Below, piece after piece: positions 13,621 to 26,037 of a DNA stretch of 64,000 bases. Position 1 is the stretch's first letter. Each line of letters starts with the position of its first letter. This DNA comes from Amphiscolops sp. MND2022 (lineage: Eukaryota), in NCBI GenBank assembly GCA_964187785.1, contig OZ076409.1, positions 95,544,001-95,608,000 on the forward strand, written 5' to 3'. A model generated the notes under the pieces. It ran no database searches. It was not told the DNA's origin and worked only from the letters and a program-made list of their open reading frames with translations. The position numbers and the translations under genes are program-made.

Positions 13621-15719
13621 TGCTGTTATTCCATTTCTACCTTATAAAAATACTAAATAAATGGTTGGCGTTACACTAGTATTTACAAAATGATTTCACC
13701 TTGTTTACCCAGTAAGTTTGTTCCTTATAAAAAGTCCTAATGCTGTCTCTCTACCCAACAGAGCACTGACTTCAAAAAACTAAAACTCGCCGGTTGAAAT
13801 TATCACCGGCTAAAACCATTTCTCATTTGGGACGAATCAAAAAGCATTTTCATTGAGAAAGTGTAAAAGCCTACAATTTAGTCTGTAAATTTTATTACGA
13901 ATTTTCTGATGTATATAAATGTTTTCTGATGTATTTTATGAAGCTACTTTGCTCGAAGTCGAAATAAATCCTTCAAATTTACTGCTGAAGTAAAGTAAAT
14001 AGTTATTTTACTGCTGGATTTAACTAAAGATGGAATAGACACTGATATGCCCTAAAAATTTTACTTAGTACTATTGTCCGTTCACGTGATATATTTCAAT
14101 ATTTTTCCTTTCTATACTTTTCCGCTTTTCAGATAACTCATTTGCATACACTGCCTTGTACTTACTCACGCAACTCCCTTTGTTCGCACGTACACGCAAG
14201 GCACTTCCTTTCTAGTATTGCACGGAGTAAGCTTTGAGACTTTCTTACTCACTTCTAATCAATAGTAGAACGGACGCCTGAAATCACTTTACAAAATGCT
14301 ACAGCAACTAAACTGACCAATACCAATTGTTTTCATCGAGTTCGATCAATTTTGAATCGAGGGAGCAGACTTTGTAATTTTCTAATGCTCCAGGAATCGA
14401 GGGAGCACACCTTGAAAAAATTACAAAGTGATTATGCGTGCGACACCAGTTTTGTTTTTCCTGAGAAAAGATAGAAGTTTAAAAGATAAAAACGCATGAT
14501 TGACGCTTTTTCAAATTGATATGAGTTGTCGCTTTTCCGCGGAATTGGAATAATGATCTTTCTTCCTCGCTCTACTTCTTGTAACAGATATAGTTCATTT
14601 TTTACACTATTCAGATAGATTTACTGGTAAAGAAACAAACCGCAATTTCATCGTAAATAGATTTTAAAAATTGTTCTCTTTTGCTATACCGGTAAAAAGA
14701 CAAGCAAATTTAGATTTTTCGATTCTTATTCGTGAGTGGTACGTCCAATAAGGTACATTAGAACTCTAAGATTCAGAAACAATTGTTCGTTTTTTGGTTT
14801 TTGAAAATAAATGTTTAACCACATACCAGACGACGTTGTGTATACGTATCCACCAAAAATTGCTGGCTGCAAAAGAAACTTCCTTCATGAGAGGGTTACA
14901 ACGGTTCAACATTATGATAACTATGGTAAGAAATCCCTTGGAAAAATGGCTGCAGAAAAAAACATTGATGAACTGTGTACAGTGCCTCTTTTTCGTAGAA
15001 TAAAAAATCGACTCGTAGGTCGTGTTGCTTTCTCGAAAGACAAACTAGTCTATTGCAAAGTTGCACATTGTTCGTGGATTTGACAAATTACAGCTTTAGT
15101 TTGGTTGAAAATCGTCTTTCTAAGTGCGCATGGTTCGTCAAAAACCCAGTTGTTTTTCTGAGCTATTCTAATATTGGTGCAGCAATTTGGAGAAATTAAA
15201 TACTGTAGTAAAAATCGATTACCTGTTCCTTTTTGGCAGTGGACTTTACTTCCTTCTCTTCTAAACAAACTACATCTCACTTTCAGGATCTGAACTTGGT
15301 TTTTTGTGTCTCTGCTGTACAAAGCTACAGTTTTTTCCGGTTGTTCTTGAGTGCCACGCTAACAGTTTCTGCCTCTTTTCCGATTGGTTTTGCATATTAA
15401 TAAATTCTAAACAAGCGGGGAACGGCATAAGTCGGTGCTACATCTAAGGCTCAAAAATAGCAAAAGGACATGAAAGTGTCGAAAAACTCAAAGTATCAAA
15501 CTCACGAAAAACCCAAACGAACGACGGAACTGGCGCGCTTCATGTGCATAATTTCAAAGTTCTTCCAGGGTCTCCGGGTGTCTTTTACATATGTGTTTTT
15601 TTTCCAGGAAACTTCACAAATAAACGCAATTTTTCGCTGGTTTATTGTCTCGTTTTTCGAGATATGTTTGTTTTGTCTGAGATCATATTCTTTACTTAGT
15701 TAATCAAAGTTTTGCTAAG

Positions 15720-17300
15720 CGCTTTGCAATTTTCTAGGTCATATTTTTTCTTCACATCACTGTAGTTGTGTGATGCTGCTGTGCTGTGATAGGCCGATTT
15801 CCCATTTCGTTGTTCTGACTTGAATTGTAAGGTAATTGTCGTAACCATCATCAACACTTTGATTAGAATCCAGTGAATTCTCCCTTCAGTGATTTAATCG
15901 GTCACTTCTCATCGTTGCTAACCTGGGAAAATCATTTTGAACATCCACAGCCATTTTCTGGATGCGGTCTATTTAACTGAAGGTCCTTCTGAGAACGTAC
16001 TTGACTGAAATTATTCGGATGCAGTCCATCTGACCGAAGGTCCAAATTTGTGTTTTTAGCAGAATACTGGCTTTTGACAGCGTTTTTAATGCTGGGAAGC
16101 ACTTTAGTCTCAATTGCAGCATTAATAACGTCTAATATCTGAGAGTTTGTGTTCGTTTGCATTTCTTCAAACTGCTTAGACATTTGTGACGAAATTTCCG
16201 AACTGATAGCCATACTAGTTTCCACAGTCAAACAACTATTCTCACTGATTGGTATTTAAGTAAGACCTGTAGTCATTTTCATTCTGATTTAAACCTTCTT
16301 CTCGTCTGTCTGACCTTTGGTCTATTTCATTCTCGTTATTTCCATTTTGCGTTTCACTATTATCTCTTTGGTAACTTCCTAACATTACATCGAGGTTTTC
16401 TATATCAGACATCACGTCAGACTGTTTGGAACGTTTTTCTTTCGCTTTCTGTTTTCTAGTGGAATGCATATTCAAGAAAGAAATTTGATTTCAACAGTGA
16501 ATTATCAGGAATAACAAATTGAACAGTTTTGTGTATAGCAAGTAGATAGCGTTATCAATCAATGAATACCTTATCACAAGTTCCACGTAAATTTATTTGA
16601 GACTGCAAGACACGCAAAGTTTTCCGTGTCATGAGCTAACTTTAGGGTGGCATCATTCTGAAACAGCCTCGGTTCCCCTATTAGGTAATTGGTTCTAAAA
16701 ATAAACTGGGGGGAATAGACGTTACGTCATTTAAGTAGGTGAGATATGAATAGCATCAAACAAACGGTGTGTAACTTTACATGTATCAAATTTTGGGTTA
16801 AAAGCAACATTCCATATAGCGGCATCATCAATATTCAATAAAATTCCAAATCTGACCGAGCGTCACTGTGACTGCAGTAAATAACCGGTACTGCAATCTG
16901 ATTGGAAAACAGCTATCTGAGACCACACGTCAACTCGACTGCAGTAATGTGCAAGTTGAGTACTCTCCCAAGATAGCGTTTAAAAGCAATATTTAAACAC
17001 CATTAGACAGCACTTGTGGTAATTTGCTAAGATTTTTATTGGTAACTAAGTAATTTACTTTAAGTCCAGATTAATTGTGTACAATTGCATTATTGAGAAA
17101 TTCCCAATAAAAATGTATCAGTAATAGCTTCAAAATGCAGGTACTATTTGTATGCGGTCAATTTGACCTTAGGTCGGGAATAACTATGAGGGATTTACAT
17201 GTTCAACAATAACAACTTGGTCCACCTACATGAAACGAGCGCTAAATTAGCAAGATGAATCCTAATTGAGTGTTCTAGAGTTTGTTTTAAATGAGTAATA
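15720..17300 (-). mobile_element. Possible truncated LTR element: LTR-like segment (~16720-17300) plus frameshifted ORF1/gag 5' end
   Basis: Adjacent minus-strand ORFs 16242-16475 and 15932-16231 with protein-like composition; imperfect inverted ends (C)GTTACGTCATTT / AAATGAGTAATA. No PBS or catalytic motif seen. Confidence 0.35.
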
Positions 17301-17355
17301 CCCCAGGTGCTGGTAGTGTCTCATTACCTTCCGGCATCATTTGGTATGGGGTGCC

Positions 17356-17387
17356 GTCGCAAGCGGCAGCTTGCGACAGTAATCTAG
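17356..17387 (+). mobile_element. Helitron-like 3' terminus
   Basis: Perfect 9-bp hairpin GTCGCAAGC-GGCA-GCTTGCGAC followed 6 nt later by CTAG|T. Confidence 0.5.
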
Positions 17388-17600
17388 TTTGGACGTCAGT
17401 CGTTGCAGCGATGAGGTGTTATTTTTTCAGCCCATATAAAATGGAAGAGGAAAATCATGATCTGTGTTGCGTTTTTTCCCAAATTCTACCAAATCTCCTC
17501 CCCTGTCCTCCCAGTTATTGTTACGTGACGCGCGCCATCCACTACTTGACTATTTTATATACTTACTTGGCTATTTTAGTTACTTGAACACTTGCCAAAT

Positions 17601-17672
17601 CTCCACCATGGCGCAGTTGGTAGTGCGTCTGCCTCGCAGAGACAAGTTCGTTGGTTCGATCCCGGGCTGATG
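17601..17672 (+). pseudogene. tRNA-derived sequence (Ala-like) inside a repeat
   Basis: A-box TGGCGCAGTTGG at 17609-17620 and B-box GGTTCGATCCC at 17653-17663; acceptor stem not paired. Confidence 0.6.
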
Positions 17673-20600
17673 CGTTACATTTTTAGCAAAAAATATCCCG
17701 GTGCTGAGCGGGCGTCTTGTTGAAAACGTCCCCTCTTTCAGTATTTTTTTCTTAGTTTCTTTCCAGAGATTTTCAGAGCTTTTGTTCAATTGATAGTTCT
17801 GACCTGTTATGATCCGACCCAATAACTTTTGTTAAACATAACCTCGGTAATTGTCCAATTCTGTATATAAATTTAGATTTTTATATGCCTTCCAGTGGTT
17901 CTTGCCAATGTGTAGAAGCAAATATTTTTGTACTTGCATAGAATGTTAGCACATTCAGATAGTTTGAAGAGTACTGGTCAAAACACAGCAGATTCACACA
18001 TTTCTTTTTCTTCAGAGGACCAAATGAATGTTTTTGGGTATATTTGAACGGTTTTTTTGTAAGTCATGGGTTTATACTTCTTAAAATCTTCTTGTCAGGT
18101 ACAGAATCTTGTTGCAAAAAAAATCGGTTTTGGTTTTTTACAAAAATTCAATTTGTATCAATTTTCCGGTATTCGAAATCTTCAAAATTCGTCAAGATAT
18201 CTCTTATTTTAGTCGTGTGTTTTTTCTATTCCCTTTTCAACACATTTTTCCCTTTTTGCTTTACACATGTTTTCAAAAAGGCGGAAGAAAAACTGTTTCA
18301 ACAGACAAAGACAACTGTGTTGTCATAAATCTTTCTTAAATGAAATCTCAGTTGTTAAGTGTCACAAATAACAAGACGCCCGCTAAGCACCGGGGTAGTT
18401 TCCGCTATAACTAAATAGTCAAGTAACTAATTAGTCAAGTGGATGGAGATCCACTCGTCAAGTGGATAGAGTTTTAGCTGAATTTGTAAAAAAAAACGCA
18501 ACATGGATTATGATTTTCCTCCCCCATTATACGCGAGCGTAAAATGATAAGTCTATCAATTTGCATTTTCCTCATGAGTGTCTTTTTTCTTTGCAGATTA
18601 CAAAAGTAAAAATCATTTCGACTTTGATGAAAGAACTTATATTGAAGAAAGAACTTCAATATAAATTTTGAATTCTACGAAGTCTATTGATATGACGATG
18701 AAATCAAGCATGCGAATTGATAGAACAAACTGAATTGGTGACCAATGATCTGTAGGGACAACGTTGAACGGTCACCCAAAAGAGGTGAAGGAACCCGTAG
18801 CAAACGGGACATTGCCCGGGGGGCTGGCGTTCATCAACCACTGAAACATTTTACAACCTTGGAGTCTTGCCCGTAAGAGGAGCTGCCGCCTCAAATGAAG
18901 CTCTCCAACCGGTCCTAGTCTTTTTACTGCCGTCCGCAACGGGCATCTTGCTTTTACTCTTTACTCGCTCGTGACCAGCACTCAAACAGCTTACTGAAAC
19001 AAACCAAGACAAATCATTGTAAGTTTCCAGTAATATCCAGTGTTAGTTTCCATTAAAAGACGAATCGAGTAAAAGAGTCTTCTTCGAAGCGTTTTTGCTC
19101 TCTTCGTCGGCTCCTTATAGTGCCTTCGTCCGATATCCAAAATGGCTCAAACAGCGAAAATAGCAAAAACATGACACAATACAACATCAAAAGTATATAT
19201 CTTTTTTTCAACTTCTGAGTTTTTTCATCACCAACATTGTGCTTCAGGGTGTTACGCAATGCATCGGATGGTGCCGTTACAAACACTCCCCGAACTTTCG
19301 GTTTGAAGTCCTTATTGTGAGGAGTAAATTGCAATGAATACATTTCCACATTACCTTTGTAATCCTCAGGGACTACAAAACGTCCACTTACATTGGCGCT
19401 GTAATCTTTGGCTAATCGGGCAACAATTAAGTTATGCTTCTTGCGACCTATTGAGCCTGCATTGTCAACACAAACGCTAGCCGCTCGAGCTAGAAATAAA
19501 GGACTCAAAATTGCTGCGCGGCTTTATCAAAAACATTTTTCCACGCCTGTACAACCACTGTTCAAAAGGAAGCCTAGTAACTTTGTGGCCGGTTTGTCTA
19601 CAGTTAGCCTTGGTTTCGGCAACAAACACTGATGTGCAGCTTTATACCTGAGTAACGTTCAGTAGCCTCTGTTCAAGAGCACATCAAAAGCAAAGTACGA
19701 ATTACTCGTGAGAACTAGCACAGATATATGGGAGGCCAATTGCTCCGAATAAGATCTCTTGAGCCAACGAGCTTAACGATCTAATCCTGATGAAATCATT
19801 GTCAATTTCGGATTGCAACAACCAATTAAAAAAAAATTTTGTGCAGTCAGGAGTTTAATGCTTGAGGTAGTGAGAGCTTCCGTGGGTAGTTCTCTTGTGT
19901 TGTGGAAAACAAAGATGTCATTCCTCAGCTGATGCAAAAAACCCTGAAGACACATTTTCAACTACTTTATGCGTAGACAATTCAGAGACTGATTTTTCTC
20001 AAAAGTGGCATAGCTGTTTGAAAAGCATCTTCGCTTCATTCCTCCCGGTCTGACCATTCTGATAGAAATGATTCGTGAATGATCGTGGATGACGGCAACG
20101 GCGATATCCATTGCATCGAAAGATTATATTTCCATGCAAAGCATGTTCACAGAATGTGCGCGTTGGTCGACCACGTCTGTATTCAACGGGTCGTGTTTTG
20201 GGTAAACCTCAAGGCAATCCTACTGTGAAGAGTGGTGGGTCTATTTGAACGAGATCTTGTACACAACCGTCAGCGAATTGTGTCTCAAGTGATTTATCGA
20301 GCAAAGTTGGCAGCTATGTGACGTTGACAATACGTACTTTGCTCCATGGAAGTGAGAGTTGCTAATCAACCACCAATCAATTTGTCAATAGATTTTTCCA
20401 AGGACGTTTGTGATGTTGATGTTTTTCAGCTTTCAGCAAAAGAATTCGCAGATCAGTTTCTCGCTACAAAAACTATCGCAGATCACGGAATGAAATGGAG
20501 AAAATCACTCCTAATTCTGATGAAAAAGTCCACCAACACTTTTCCCGTTTTGGCAAATATGGCATTCGGCTGCTTGACAGTGGCCATGATCCCATTTCGT

Positions 20601-23600
20601 TCCATTACAACATTGTTATCAAATTGAATGTCGAAGTTAAGAACTCGAAATTTGGCCAAGAGGTTCTCCTCTAATGGCCAAATTTGTTTGAAAACAGAAA
20701 GGTTGTCGACATCAACAACTGATTTTATTTCGTTGCCTGTGACGTTCTGGACTCAACTTCGAGGCCCGTTGTTAATTCATTACTTTGCTGCGCTGCGGTA
20801 CCTTCTCGCCTTGTACCGAATGGGAGCCCCTTTGCAGATTGCGGACGTTTCTTCCGAAAACTGTCAATTGGACGAAATATATTCTCATCACTTTCTTGCA
20901 AAATCAGTCGAAAAATGTTCTAGGGCTGGTAATGTGCCAAGGACACGCGAGCAAATATGTTCTCTGCACACTTGACGTGAGATTTGATGCCAATGCCACT
21001 TGACCCTGCAGAAAAACACCTGAGCGAGGCACTAAAAATGTCGAAAAAGTTCTACACTTAAGCAATCCCATGACATTCCTGTTGTATAGAGGTCCCTTAA
21101 CCCAAAATGTAGTAACTTCAGTTACGTATAACCACCAAGTAATTTGTTGAGAATCTAAAACAGAGCTTGATCACAAAGTAATGCTAAGAGGTTTTTTATT
21201 GCTTTTCAATTCAGAGTGCACTACAGGCATTTAAAGCTTGCAATTTGTGTTTCACCAACGTCAAATTTTCCTGCCTCAGAAGAGTCAAAATTTTATGACC
21301 ACGGGTGGCAGTTGTTTTAACAGTGGCACTGGTCTCGTTCTCCCACGGGAAGTCCTACTGGGTTTTCTCTGTTGGATAATGAAGGTTTTTAAATTCTGCA
21401 TTCGGTACTGCGGAAGCTTCTAATTTTAACAAAACTCAATTTTGACAACTTTCTGTCATTTCTTGTTATTGTCTGGCAACATTAAAATTAGTCGTAAAAA
21501 TTGCAGCATGCTGAAATAAACAACGCATAGTCGGTGAGACACACAAGCAATCATTACTCACGCGAAGCGGAATTCGACCACAATCTACAAGCTAGATTAC
21601 TTCGAAATTTACTCAAGTGGCTTGCACACGCGCTGTGAACGTTCGATTTGGCTCCAACTTGGTCACACAGTTCTACTTGTAGTCAGGTACACGAAAACCG
21701 TTCTGTGAATTAGGCTACGTCATCTGAGTGAGGCTTCGAGACTTCGACGTGGCACAGACGAGCCCGATTATTTGTCCTAGTAATAGTGACTTTCCACGTG
21801 CAGTCCAAGTTTTGCGTTCACTGGGTAGAACTAGCAAGCTCGCTTTTCTGCTAATGGGAAACCACTAGCACTCGTCGCAACGATGGGTGGCAATTCGAAC
21901 CCATTTTCGGAATAAGGCCACTCCATATTATTTTTTGAAAATTGGTCTTTCGAGCACATTTTTGGACAGTTTGTTTTAGTAAATTTTTCTTTGACTGTCG
22001 CATGACTGGACACAAAACACGGTATTCACTGCTGATGGATACCCGCAATGCTGTTGCAAAGGTCCAATGGAAAAATAAAACCTTTCCGAAGTGTCGATCT
22101 GGTACAAATATAGTTTCCGGAAAAGCGGCGTTTTTGTTAAGTTTTTAAAAACAAATTCACCTGAGGGTCACTTCAACAACCATAACGATTAGAAGAAGTG
22201 GGCAACTGAGACCCCAATTTGCTGTAACAATGAAGAGAATGTTCCTTTGGTTAACCCCGAAGGTAACCAGGCAACGTCAGTCGTTGAGTTTTAGAAATTT
22301 GTGACTGCTTTTGCTCTCTCTCTCTCTCTCGATTAAAAACGTCAGAAAAATTTTCTCTACTTTGGTGAGCAATACACGCTTACAAAGTTTCGGTACAGAC
22401 GGTTCGTTTGCTGAAGCGTACGGAAACGCCACTGTAGTTTAGGCAGGGTCACAAAATCAATGAACCGACACGAACTTTAGAGTCCGTTCAAATAAAAAAC
22501 CATTTCATTGCTTCTTTTCCAATTTCTCACGGTTTTCATCTTGCACGCCTAAATCAATATACCAACTCAAAATGGGAACCCCTGGCTTCTAAGGCAAAAA
22601 CATTAAGGGCTCATGCTGGTTTGGCATTCTGCTCTCACACAACTGAAATTTGCCAAAAAAAACTTTTTGACCTTTTTTCTCTAGGTTGACGTTACAAACT
22701 TTTTTGCTACTTTTTGACTAAAATTCACACTTTTTTCTGTTGAAAAGTGGCGCAAAAGCACATACTGAGTTGCAAAAAGAGCCAACTTGCTTGAACAAAC
22801 GGTTCCTCAGTGAAAAACAAACAATCAAATCTTAATTTTTTGCCAAACGCAAGAGTAGTAACTTGCAAAGCATGGGGAGTTGCACTTTCGTTCCTTAATA
22901 TCTCCTCACTTGCTCTACTTCTCTATCAAAAAACAATCCTCTAGGATGTCTCCAGAAGCCATGGGAAAGAAGACTCGCACTCTATCGTTTCGATCTACCC
23001 TTTACTGAGTTGAACAATGTTGCATCCTCCATCTCCATACCTCGTAAATGGCCAATAACACTGAAAAAGCCTTGAAACACCTGTGTAACGGCTTGCTAGT
23101 GACTCGCTAGGCCATAACAGTGGTGCCTGCCGATTGTAACTCCTAATTTTGGACAATGTCTGTGAACAAATATTTTTTCAAAACACATACAATCAGTATT
23201 TGGGAAAATCCGCGGTAAAAACGTACAGACTACCGGTAAAGACCATCATACCACCTTAAACTGGAAACATTTTGGGAAAGCGTCTCCATCCAGAGCCAAA
23301 TCTGTCTTGGCGTCCAACACCTCGGGTTCAGATCTTTGAAACAATTCAGCCTCTTGATGGTCGCCTAAAAAAGTTGTACATGTGTAACGATAAGCATTGA
23401 ATGGTTGCTCAGTACGCAACAAAGAATGGCTAAACTTGCAGCAATAGGGAAAATTTCCCGGTGCTGGCGCCCATCCACCACAAACACAATTTACGTCCTT
23501 GCAGTCGCGCCCCGTAGGAGGAGCTCGCGCCTCAAAGGAAGCTATCCGACCGGTCCCAGTCTTTATTATTGCTGTCCGTAACAGGCATCTTTCCTTTTTT

Positions 23601-25751
23601 TTTCACACTCTCGTGACCACAGCTCAAACAGCTTTCAATAACGCGCCAAGATGAAACAGTGTAAGTGTCCAGTATTTCAGGGTGACCAGTATACCAACGT
23701 CTAAACTTGCAACAAGTACCCATTCATCAACATAACTTCAAAGCAATGTACAATAACCACGTCCATACAATAACAGTCGTTTTGCTAATCCTAATTCAGC
23801 TCGTGAGCTGGGGCTTCACGGGCTCACGTTGATAATTAAGCAGAAAGACTCATTTTTAGCTCAATGTAATCACTACGTTAGGTAGCATCATGTCAAAATC
23901 GTATGGCCAGCCTCAAGTCAGTGATTTCAGCGCCTGCTAAAATAGTCTTTATTGAAGATTGTTTGCTCTTGCCGTCTGCTCCTTGTTTTGCCTTCGTCTA
24001 TGATCCAAAATGACGCGAAAAGCGAAGTGAGCAATAACATGCCCAATGCCACGTTAAAATTTTGATTCCATTTTTCCACCATTTTCTGAGTTCCTTCATC
24101 ACAATCACTTGGTGGGTATCGCAATGTATCAGAATGTGCCGTTACAATCATTCTGAACGATTTGCCGTTTTTGAAGAGCTCAAAGTCTAGGGAGGCTTCC
24201 AGTATCTACGCGCCAAAGAGTACAATGCTTGAACCTGCCTTTTGGAGAAACGTGCAGACTAAAAAACTTGATAACTAGTTTTTGTTGTTTATGAAGAGAC
24301 GCAGCTCTGAACCGTATACACCTTTTTCGCTTTTCACAATGCACTTTGAATGATAAATTCACATCGATTTTTTCCAACCATGTTTTTGGTGTTGTTTTGT
24401 TTTGAGTGAGTGGTTAAGACGGTGTGTGTAATCACAAATGTATTTGGTCTTTCACGCAACTGGATTACACAACATAGCTTTGAAAAATAGCAGCCAGGCA
24501 ATTGCTCGGTGGAACTACAGTTACAAAACGTTGCATATTCGCAGCACCTGCTATAATCAGATATTTTTATCCATGCAGTTTTGAGTATGCATCTCTGGCA
24601 TAATGGCAGCCGTGTTTGTTCTCTTCAATGAATCCTTTTAGAATCTCGCTCATTTGTCTTACATGTGTCGTATATCTTTCATTTTCCCGTGGTAGTGATA
24701 ATAACTTAGGAAATCGCCCCTCAATCAAAAATGACAATGCTCCCAGCGGAGTGCATATATGTTTCGAACGCGCCCTGGGAGTTCACTTTTCCTGTTTAAT
24801 TGGACATCAAACATGAAATGGTAATGCAACCATCGATCACTCAAGATAATTAGTCGTGTTTTATATCATTTTACCTTTTAATAGTCACTGTCGACTTTTC
24901 ATGGTCAAAAAGTTGCTGTTAAATCCCAGTTTGTCAGTCGTCTGCGTTTATTCTGACAACAAACCCTGATAAAATGCCCACCGAAAATTGCCCGTGGCAG
25001 GGAACCTATGAGCAGGTATCTCAGTTAGATATGTTACCACCGACTTTTTCTCAATTTTTCCTCAATTCAACGATGTAAATTTTGTACGAGATTTGTTCAA
25101 ATTATGCATTTTTCGTACCATTTTCAGCTGAATTTTGCAAATCTTACAAGAATCTTGTAAGAGTCAGTGCCAAATAATGCACTTTTTTTTACAAGATCTT
25201 ACATTATTTGTAAGAATTTTGCAAAAAAATGTGAAATTTTTCTACCCCGGGTATGTTGAAAAGGTTATATTCCAGTGCTCTGCTGAATCAATTTTTTCCA
25301 GTTGGTATTAACTAAAGTGGTTATTTTATTCAACACGAAGTGTCTCCGTATTCTCAACGTGAACAAAGATATGAACAAGAACTGACTACTTCTGGGCAGT
25401 TTAGTTAAGTTATTTTGTTCACCGGTCGATTTCAAAGAAACCAGTTCAGTTTAACTGCGGTATGTCGAAAAAGCATTGATTGAAATTAATCATCATTCAT
25501 AGAAATTCCTAAATGGCATCAGTTTAAAAAAATGGTAGCAAAAGTTCGTCATCATTGAGTGAAAACTTTGTGCAGAAAGAAAATATTGGTTTTCGTAATA
25601 TTTCAGTAGTGCATGGAAAAATGTAGTCAATTTTCGATTGAAAAAAGTCTTCAAAAATGAGAGAAGTCGTTAAAAAATGAAAGAAAAAAATTAAAGATAG
25701 TCTTGAAAAATGATTTTTACAAAATATTTCAACGTCCCTGCTCATGACAAG

Positions 25752-25981
25752 GCGAGCCCGAAAAAGAAAAAATTCTCATCAACCTCGAAGTCAAAGGAAA
25801 ATACGACCCCCCTGTACAAGTGTGGACTTTGTCACGTGGCTTGTCGAGACTGTACCGGCCCAAAAATATCTCAGTGCACAGCTTGTCGCAGTTTACAGCT
25901 GGGCGATTCTTGTGTGGAGGAAAAATGCCCGTTTTTGTACTTCGAGCAGGAAAATCCCGACGGACCTAACAGATGTACAGT
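25752..25981 (+). CDS. Exon A of host type-I membrane protein: furin-like cysteine-rich repeat
   Basis: CGLCHVACRDCTGPKISQCTACRSLQLGDSCVEEKCP matches the furin-like CHxxCxxCxGPxxxxCxxC pattern. GTAAGT donor at 25982. 5' boundary uncertain. Confidence 0.8.
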
Positions 25982-26037
25982 GTAAGTTGCTTTTGTTCGC
26001 TTGCAAGCACCATGAAAAAAAGTAGAAACTGACACTA

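Larger units (their letters stand above)
7626..14445 (+). mobile_element. Non-autonomous LTR retroelement with very long LTRs (LARD-like, probably Gypsy-derived); no gag/pol recognised
   Basis: 5' LTR 7626-9230 (TGTCAC...GCGACA); 3' LTR 12113-14445 (TGTCGC...GCGACA). PBS-like TGGTGCGACCTGTGAGG at 9234-9250. PPT AGGGGGGTGAG at 12101-12111. Flanks CCAA/CCAG (4-bp TSD with one mismatch). Confidence 0.9.
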
